From Deinococcaceae bacterium (GTDB lineage: Bacteria > Deinococcota > Deinococci > Deinococcales > Trueperaceae): a stretch of DNA of 17,242 nucleotides. How positions within the stretch are numbered: position 1 is the stretch's first letter; every line of letters starts with the position of its first letter. Shown here piece after piece: positions 11,848-17,242 of this stretch. The stretch is taken from the NCBI GenBank assembly GCA_040256005.1, contig JBDZWC010000062.1, positions 1-17,242 on the forward strand, read 5' to 3'. The position numbers and the translations under genes are program-made. The notes under the pieces were generated by a model. The model had not been told where the DNA came from, did not search any database, and saw only the letters and a program-made list of their open reading frames with translations.

Positions 11848-12447
11848 GTGCACGTGATAGTGGGGCTCGGCAACCCTGGGCCCAGGTACGCAGGAACCCG
11901 GCACAACGCCGGGTTCCTCGTCGTAGAAGAGCTCGCCAGGCGCTCTGGCGCGGAGTTCCGCCGCGTCGGGCGGGGCGACGCCGCACGCGAAGAAGCGCGG
12001 GCGAAGCTGGGCGCAGGTGGGCCAGGCTCGGACGCGCTGCTCGTCAAACCTCAGGCCTACATGAACCTGTCAGGGGCCGCGGTGCAGGCCGTGCTCGCCA
12101 GGTACCGCGCCGTCCCGGGTGACCTGCTGGTCGTGCACGACGACGTCGATCTGCCGCTGGGCCGGCTGCGCTTCAAGCAGGCAGGCGGCGCGGGCGGCCA
12201 GAAGGGCGTGAGGCACGTCATCCACCGGATAGGCCCCGAGTTCCTCAGGCTCAAGATCGGCGTGTCGCGGCCGCCGGAAGGCTGGGCCACCGACGCCTGG
12301 GTTCTGTCGCGCTTCGGACCGGACGAGCGCGACCTGGTGAGCCGGGTCGTCGCCGCGGCCGCGGACGCCCTCGAGGCGCTGCCGGCGGAAGGCCTGGAAG
12401 CTGTCATGAACCGCGTCAACGGCCTGGACCTGGCGGCGATCGACTGA
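11848..12447 (+). CDS. pth: Peptidyl-tRNA hydrolase
   Basis: GTG start with SD AGGAG (11837-11841). Motifs 'IVGLGNPG', 'TRHNAGF', 'KPQAYMNLSG', 'VHDDVDLPLG', 'RLKIGVSRP'. Confidence 0.96.
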   Translation: MHVIVGLGNPGPRYAGTRHNAGFLVVEELARRSGAEFRRVGRGDAAREEARAKLGAGGPGSDALLVKPQAYMNLSGAAVQAVLARYRAVPGDLLVVHDDVDLPLGRLRFKQAGGAGGQKGVRHVIHRIGPEFLRLKIGVSRPPEGWATDAWVLSRFGPDERDLVSRVVAAAADALEALPAEGLEAVMNRVNGLDLAAID

Positions 12448-12534
12448 GGCCGAGGCGCCTGGGTCCCGCCTCGCTCAGCACGGGCGTCCACGCCTGTCCC
12501 AGCCGGGTCAGACGGTTCCTACGAGCTCCGCTCG

Positions 12535-12560
12535 GGCTCCTGGCCTACCGGCCAGGAGCC
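12535..12560. terminator. Perfect 11-bp hairpin between convergent pth and VWA genes
   Basis: GGCTCCTGGCC-TACC-GGCCAGGAGCC, 8 nt beyond the VWA stop. No U-tract on either strand. Confidence 0.55.
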
Positions 12561-12568
12561 GGAAGGGC

Positions 12569-13804
12569 TCAGTTGACCATCTTGGTGCGTCGCGCCTCGA
12601 AGTCCTGCAGCACGTAGCGCCCGATCGTGTGGGGCGTCGTGAAGTACGCCTTGCCACGTGTCATGGCCGATACCCGCCTCACGAACGCGATGAGCTCCGG
12701 GTCGCGCGCCAGCATGAAGGTGTTCACCTGGATGCCGTGACGCCGACAGTTGCCTACCTCGCGTAGCGTCTCCCCCAGCACTAGCGGGTCCAGCCCGTAG
12801 GCGTTGCGGTAGACCCGGCCGTCCGGCAGCGTGATCGCGGAGGGCTTGCCGTCCGTGATCATGATGATCTGCTTCATGTCCTTGTTCTCGCGTTTCAGGA
12901 TCTTCTGGGCGAGACGCAGGCCCTCGGCCGTGTTCGTGTGGTACGGGCCCACCTGGGCACCCGCCAGCTGGGCGAGCGGGATCTCCTCGGCCGAGTTGTG
13001 GAACAGCACGTACCTGATCGAGTCACCGCGGTACTGCGTACGGATGAGGTGAGCCAGCGCCAGGGCGACCCGTTTCGCCGGGGTGAAGCGGTCCTCGCCG
13101 TAGAGGATCATCGAGTGGCTGCAGTCCAGCATGACCACGGTGGCAGCCGAGGAGCGGTACTCGGACTGCATGGCGTACAGGTCGTCCTCCTCCAGCTCGA
13201 GGCTGCCCAGCCCGTGACGGGACGCGCGCTTCAGGGTCTCGGCGACGTCGAGGTTGAGGCTATCGCCGAACTCGTAGCGCTTGGGCTCTCCCACCGCTTC
13301 TACGCCGGCGGCCGTGAACCTGGTGTCGTGGCTACCGACGCTCGACCGCCCCGCGGCCCCCAGCAGGTCACGCAGCGTGCGGTAGCCCAGGAAGTCGATC
13401 GCCTTGTCGGTCAGTTGGAACTGGGTCTGCCCCGAGGCGTCACCGGCGTAGCCCTGCCCCGCCTCCTGGGCCTCGCTGGGATCCTGGCCCACGGGCCGGA
13501 TGTAGCCGTCGTCCGACAGGCGCTGGGCCAGGCGCTTCACGGCACGGCCGAGCTCCGAGTCCATCCAGTCCTCGGCGTCCATGGCCTGCCTGATCATCTC
13601 CTCGGTCACCAGGTCGTTGTCCAGCAGCGACTCCGCGATGGCCTCGTAGAGGTCTTCCATGCTCGGACGCCAGTCCGGGTCGGGGTCGAACGGGTCACGG
13701 TCGAAGCCCGACTGCAGCAGCCGGTCCTCGAGCATGCGCATGAGGTCCGAGGTCTCCAGGTCCTCGAGCGTGGCCTCGTAGCGGGAGTAGCGGACCGTGG
13801 GCAC
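12569..13804 (-). CDS. von Willebrand factor A domain protein, partner of the upstream AAA+ ATPase
   Basis: MIDAS DxSxS 'MLDCSHSM', Thr in 'YHTNTAEGL', Asp in 'IIMITDGKP'. Pre-VWA '[16 protein letters not shown]' motif and an acidic helical N-terminus. GTG start 3 nt after the ATPase stop. Confidence 0.9.
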   Translation of the reverse strand: MPTVRYSRYEATLEDLETSDLMRMLEDRLLQSGFDRDPFDPDPDWRPSMEDLYEAIAESLLDNDLVTEEMIRQAMDAEDWMDSELGRAVKRLAQRLSDDGYIRPVGQDPSEAQEAGQGYAGDASGQTQFQLTDKAIDFLGYRTLRDLLGAAGRSSVGSHDTRFTAAGVEAVGEPKRYEFGDSLNLDVAETLKRASRHGLGSLELEEDDLYAMQSEYRSSAATVVMLDCSHSMILYGEDRFTPAKRVALALAHLIRTQYRGDSIRYVLFHNSAEEIPLAQLAGAQVGPYHTNTAEGLRLAQKILKRENKDMKQIIMITDGKPSAITLPDGRVYRNAYGLDPLVLGETLREVGNCRRHGIQVNTFMLARDPELIAFVRRVSAMTRGKAYFTTPHTIGRYVLQDFEARRTKMVN

Positions 13805-13807
13805 GTG

Positions 13808-15301
13808 CTAGTTCCAGCGTGCGCGTGGCGCCTGCGCAGCGGCTTCCAGGTCAGGGGCGCTGTAGCCGCGTTCCTCGCTGCGCGAGATCAGCTTGCGGGC
13901 GTGCAGACCCTCCAGGACGAACTCGGCCGCCGCAGCGACCTCGTCCGCGACCTGGCTCGCGGCGACCGCGCGCGCCGCGTCCAGCAGGCCTGGCACCTCT
14001 CCGAGCACACCCGTGAGGTCCCCGCTCCTGACGTCCTCGGGGATGCGCAGTTGGTTCTCGGCCTCGAAGTGGGCAACGACCTCGTCGGTGGGAACGCTGG
14101 CAGCGCGACGCCCGAAGACCTGACCTATGGCACGCCTGACGATGTCGCGGGCGACGGCCTCGGCCCCCTTGAGCTCGCCCTCGTACTCGAGCTCGAGCTT
14201 GCCGGTCACGGCCGGCAAGGCGGCGTAGAGGTCCGCGATGCGGGCGATGGGGCGGTCCTCGCCCAGTAGGAGGGCCCGGCGCTCGGCGTTGGAGGCCACG
14301 TTCTCCATCAGCGTGATGGGCAAGCGCTGCGACACGCCGGAGTGCTTGTCGACCCTCGCGTCGTCACGGGCTTGGAACGCGACCTCTTCTATCGCCTCGG
14401 CCACGAACGCGGGCACGTGGACGCCTTCCGCACCGGCGACCTGGCCGTCACGGGCGAGCCAAGCCTCCTGGCTGGTGATCGCCATGCCCTCCTCGACGGT
14501 GCGGGGGTAGTGCGTGCGGATCTCGCTGCCGATGCGGTCCTTGAGGGGCGTGATGATCTTGCCGCGGGCCGTGTAGTCCTCCGGGTTGGCGCTGAAGACC
14601 AAGAGGACGTCGAGCGGCAGGCGCACGGGGTAGCCCTTGATCTGGACGTCGCCCTCCTGCATGACGTTGAAGAGCGCCACCTGCACCTTCCCCGCCAGGT
14701 CTGGCAGCTCGTTCATGGCGAACACGCCGCGGTTCGCGCGCGGCAGGAGCCCGTAGTGGACCGCGCGCTCGTCCCCGAGGGAGGTGCCCAGCTTGGCGGC
14801 CTTGATGGGGTCGATGTCGCCTATGATGTCTGCGACCGTGGAGTCCGGCGTGGCCAGCTTCTCGAGGTACCTGGCCTCACGCTGCAGCCATGCCACAGGC
14901 GTGGCGTCACCGCACTCCGCGACGATGGCCTTGCCCTCGCGCGTCACAGGGGCGAACGGGTCGTCGTGGAGCTCCGTCCCGGCGATGTAGGGGATCTCTT
15001 CGTCCAGCAGGTTGACGAGCGCCCTCAGGATGCGCGTCTTCGCCTGGCCGCGCAGGCCGAGGAGGATGAAGTTGTGGCGGCTGAGGATGGCGTTCACTAC
15101 CGCCGGTGTGACGGTCTCCTCGTACCCGAGAACGCCCGGGAACAGCTCCTCACCGCTCCTGAGCTTCGCGATGAGGTTGGACCGGAGCTCGTCCTTGACG
15201 GTGCGACCGGCCAGCCGCTCCCAACGGGTACCCTTCAGGTCCTTGAGCACCGTGGAGCGCGCTCCGCTGCTGCGCGGAGGGATAGCTGTTGGCTCGTTCA
15301 T
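13808..15301 (-). CDS. AAA+ ATPase of the Mg-chelatase-I/MoxR-related clade (function unknown)
   Basis: Variant Walker A 'GLRGQAKT'. '[13 protein letters not shown]', 'GLLPRANRG', variant Walker B 'FAMNELPDL', sensor 'FSANPEDYT', Arg finger 'PLKDRIG', and 'SGVSQR'. Confidence 0.88.
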   Translation of the reverse strand: MNEPTAIPPRSSGARSTVLKDLKGTRWERLAGRTVKDELRSNLIAKLRSGEELFPGVLGYEETVTPAVVNAILSRHNFILLGLRGQAKTRILRALVNLLDEEIPYIAGTELHDDPFAPVTREGKAIVAECGDATPVAWLQREARYLEKLATPDSTVADIIGDIDPIKAAKLGTSLGDERAVHYGLLPRANRGVFAMNELPDLAGKVQVALFNVMQEGDVQIKGYPVRLPLDVLLVFSANPEDYTARGKIITPLKDRIGSEIRTHYPRTVEEGMAITSQEAWLARDGQVAGAEGVHVPAFVAEAIEEVAFQARDDARVDKHSGVSQRLPITLMENVASNAERRALLLGEDRPIARIADLYAALPAVTGKLELEYEGELKGAEAVARDIVRRAIGQVFGRRAASVPTDEVVAHFEAENQLRIPEDVRSGDLTGVLGEVPGLLDAARAVAASQVADEVAAAAEFVLEGLHARKLISRSEERGYSAPDLEAAAQAPRARWN

Positions 15302-15307
15302 GGCGCG

Positions 15308-15313
15308 ATGCTA
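15308..15313 (-). promoter_or_regulatory. -10 box for a leaderless AAA+/VWA transcript
   Basis: Minus strand: TAGCAT, 6 nt (CGCGCC), ATG 15301. No SD. Confidence 0.65.
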
Positions 15314-15399
15314 GCACCGGCCTCTGGGACGACCGTGAACAGGATGGGCGCGTGCCCAGCGGGGTAGGCAGCGTGCCACGGTCGCACACAACGGGCAGG

Positions 15400-15432
15400 A
15401 AAGAAAGGACCCTGCGTGGGGGGCGCAGGGTC
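15400..15432 (-). terminator. Rho-independent terminator
   Basis: Perfect stem GACCCUGCG/CGCAGGGUC (15432-15408) with a 7-nt loop CCCCCCA, followed by CUUUCUUU on the minus strand. Confidence 0.75.
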
Positions 15433-15509
15433 AAAGAGGAGATGGTGGAGGGGCTTGCCCTCCGCAGGCGCTGGGGTGAGCGCCCATCTCGGTCCCGGGG
15501 GTGGGGACC
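15400..15509 (-). ncRNA. Candidate ~110-nt structured small RNA with C-rich loops (family not recognised)
   Basis: -10 TAGAAT (15521-15516) and 6 nt precede a 5' hairpin GGUCCC/GGGACC. A three-way junction follows (GAGAUGG/CCAUCUC closing GGCGCU/AGCGCC and GGAGGG/CCCUCC), then a 9-bp terminator stem and CUUUCUUU. Confidence 0.6.
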
Positions 15510-15515
15510 ACACGG

Positions 15516-15521
15516 ATTCTA
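15516..15521 (-). promoter_or_regulatory. -10 box of the candidate sRNA
   Basis: TAGAAT in the only relatively AT-rich patch of the intergenic region. Its 6-nt spacing to the first paired G (15509) equals the -10-to-ATG spacing of the three leaderless genes. No consensus -35. Confidence 0.55.
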
Positions 15522-15621
15522 CTACATGGAGGGCAGTACTATCGTCTCCGATGAGAGCCTCGAACCGTGAACCCGCCGCCCGCAGCCACGTAGCGGACCG
15601 CGGCGCAGGTCGTCCGCGCTG

Positions 15622-17052
15622 ATGACGGTCGAGCGCGCCGAGCTTATCAGCGTGGGCACCGAGCTCCTGCTCGGCGAGATCGTAGACACCAACAGCGCCT
15701 ACCTCGCCACGTACCTGGCGGGGCGCGGCGTGGACGTGCTCTGGTCCTCGCGGGTGGGCGACAACCTGGATCGGATAAGGCACCTGCTGGAGACCGGGCT
15801 CTCGCGCAGCGACCTGGTCGTGCTGGGCGGTGGGCTGGGGCCCACGGAGGACGACCTCACCCGCGACGCCGTCGCCGCCGTCGTGGGCGAGGAGCAGACC
15901 GTCGACCCCGAGCTGGAGCGCTGGCTGCGCGCGCACTTCGCCTCGGGCGCCGGACCCATGCCGGAACGCAACCTCCAGCAGGCGCGCGTCATCCCCTCTG
16001 CCGAGGTCCTGGCCAACCCCATCGGCACGGCGCCCGGCTGGCTCGTCCGCACGCGCTGGCAGAGCGCGGACCGGGTGATCGTCACCCTCCCGGGACCGCC
16101 GCGCGAGCTGAAGCGCATGTGGGAGGAACAGGCGGTGCCACGCCTGCGGTTCCCCACCAGCCAGATCTTCACGCGGACGTACAAGACCCACGGGGTAGGC
16201 GAGTCGGCGGTCGCAGACCGACTCGGCGAGCTCACCAGCGGCGCCAACCCCAGCGTCGCCACGTACGCCAAGCGCGACGGCGTACACGTCCGGGTCGCTG
16301 CGAAGGGACCGTCCCCGGAGGCCGCGCGGGAGCTGGCCTCGGGGACCATGCGCGCCGTCGAAGCGGCGCTCGGGGCTGCCGTGTGGGGTGAGGACGACGA
16401 CGAGATGGCGGCGCTTGTGGTGCGCCGGCTCACACAGCGCGGCCTCACGCTGGCGGTCGCGGAGGGAGCGAGCGGCGGCCTCCTGACCGATCTGCTCGAG
16501 GAGGCCAAGGAGGGTCTCGCACCCGGCGGGCTGTTCGACTCGGTCGAACACGGCTCTGCCGCCCAGGACGCCGCTCCCGGTAGCCGGGGCGAAGGCGTGT
16601 CGGAGCTCGACCCGGCTCGGGCGCTCGCAGGGAGCGTGATAGCATGGCGACTGGAAACCATGCGAACGCTCCTACCCGCCCTGGACCTGCTCAGACGCCT
16701 CCCCGCCGGGGTTCAAGCCGGCGCGGCCGAGGTCGTCGCGGCTGTCGCCATGGCGGTCAGGACCATGTTCGCCGCGGACGTCGGGCTCGCCATCGGCTAC
16801 CCGTACGCGGCCCCGGCCGCGGCGGGCGCCGGCGGTTCCGGCGTCCTGTCACGACCCAGCGAGGACGAGAACGAAACGGGCACGGCCGGGCGCAAGGGCG
16901 CCAGGCCCCAGTTACGCCTAGAGATCGCGTTAGCCGTAGGCGACGACGTCACCACACGAACCCTCACCCTCCCACCACTCGGGCGGGCATGGGCGCGCGA
17001 ACGGTCAGCCTTCTCCGGTCTCCACCTCCTCCTGCGGTCGGCACTGCGCTGA
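15622..17052 (+). CDS. cinA: CinA-family protein: intact N-terminal COG1058 (MoCF-like, ADP-ribose pyrophosphatase) domain plus degenerate PncC-like C-terminal domain
   Basis: Motifs 'ELISVGTELLLGEIVDTNS', 'VGDN', 'GGGLGPTEDDLTRDA', 'NPIGTAPG', 'LPGPPREL' and a KH-like middle 'GVGES'. The C-terminal domain has 'LAVAEGASGGL' in place of AESCTGG. Directly upstream of recA. Confidence 0.92.
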   Translation: MTVERAELISVGTELLLGEIVDTNSAYLATYLAGRGVDVLWSSRVGDNLDRIRHLLETGLSRSDLVVLGGGLGPTEDDLTRDAVAAVVGEEQTVDPELERWLRAHFASGAGPMPERNLQQARVIPSAEVLANPIGTAPGWLVRTRWQSADRVIVTLPGPPRELKRMWEEQAVPRLRFPTSQIFTRTYKTHGVGESAVADRLGELTSGANPSVATYAKRDGVHVRVAAKGPSPEAARELASGTMRAVEAALGAAVWGEDDDEMAALVVRRLTQRGLTLAVAEGASGGLLTDLLEEAKEGLAPGGLFDSVEHGSAAQDAAPGSRGEGVSELDPARALAGSVIAWRLETMRTLLPALDLLRRLPAGVQAGAAEVVAAVAMAVRTMFAADVGLAIGYPYAAPAAAGAGGSGVLSRPSEDENETGTAGRKGARPQLRLEIALAVGDDVTTRTLTLPPLGRAWARERSAFSGLHLLLRSALR

Positions 17053-17157
17053 CCTGACGGCTACCGCGCGAGCGGTCGCCAACGTCCGGTCGGCGCGTCG
17101 GGACCGGCTCGCCCCGTAGTACCGGGCGGCCCCGACCGGACGGAGGGCTGTGCCGCC

Positions 17158-17242
17158 ATGAACGAGGACCGAAAGAGGGCACTCGATACCGCGGTCTCTC
17201 AGATCGAGAGGCAGTTCGGTAAGGGCGCGATCATGCGTTTGG
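17158..17242 (+). CDS. recA: Recombinase RecA, 5' end only (not in the ORF track)
   Basis: ATG 17158 translates [28 protein letters not shown], the RecA N-terminal signature. SD GGAGG at 17142-17146. cinA-recA synteny. Confidence 0.96.
   Translation, partial: MNEDRKRALDTAVSQIERQFGKGAIMRL

Noticed and set aside
15439..15490. tRNA or tRNA-like reading of the three-way junction
   Set aside because: There are only two internal arms, no TTC T-loop, no anticodon arm geometry and no CCA end.
15417..15506. Plus-strand G-quadruplex or plus-strand peptide ORFs (15289-15570, 15416-15622)
   Set aside because: The G-runs are explained as complements of the C-rich loops. The -10 box and U-tail orient the element on the minus strand, and the ORFs have no coding features.

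Overview
High-GC bacterial chromosomal window. It is very probably Deinococcota (Truepera/Trueperaceae-like), judged from the Thermus TL5-type L25, the Deinococcus-type GyrB N-terminus, a Thermus c552-type cytochrome domain and -10-only leaderless starts. The left part is the 3' end of an Alternative Complex III operon (actB partial, actC, actD, actE, actF). That operon ends in a membrane-anchored ActG-like/cytochrome c552 fusion and an overlapping D-2-hydroxyacid dehydrogenase. Housekeeping genes follow: gyrB(-), proA(-), an SDR, rplY and pth. Next come an AAA+ ATPase/VWA pair (-), cinA with a degenerate PncC domain, and the start of recA. No mobile element, CRISPR array, tRNA or rRNA was seen. 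The most interesting signals are (1) an unannotated ~110-nt structured RNA candidate at 15400-15509(-) with its own -10 box, three C-rich loops and an intrinsic terminator, (2) a tethered, strongly acidic c552 fused to the ACIII ActG-like subunit, (3) repeated TANNNT-N6-start leaderless architecture, and (4) hairpins abutting the SD of gyrB, rplY and recA. All family calls come from motif recognition; no database search was run.
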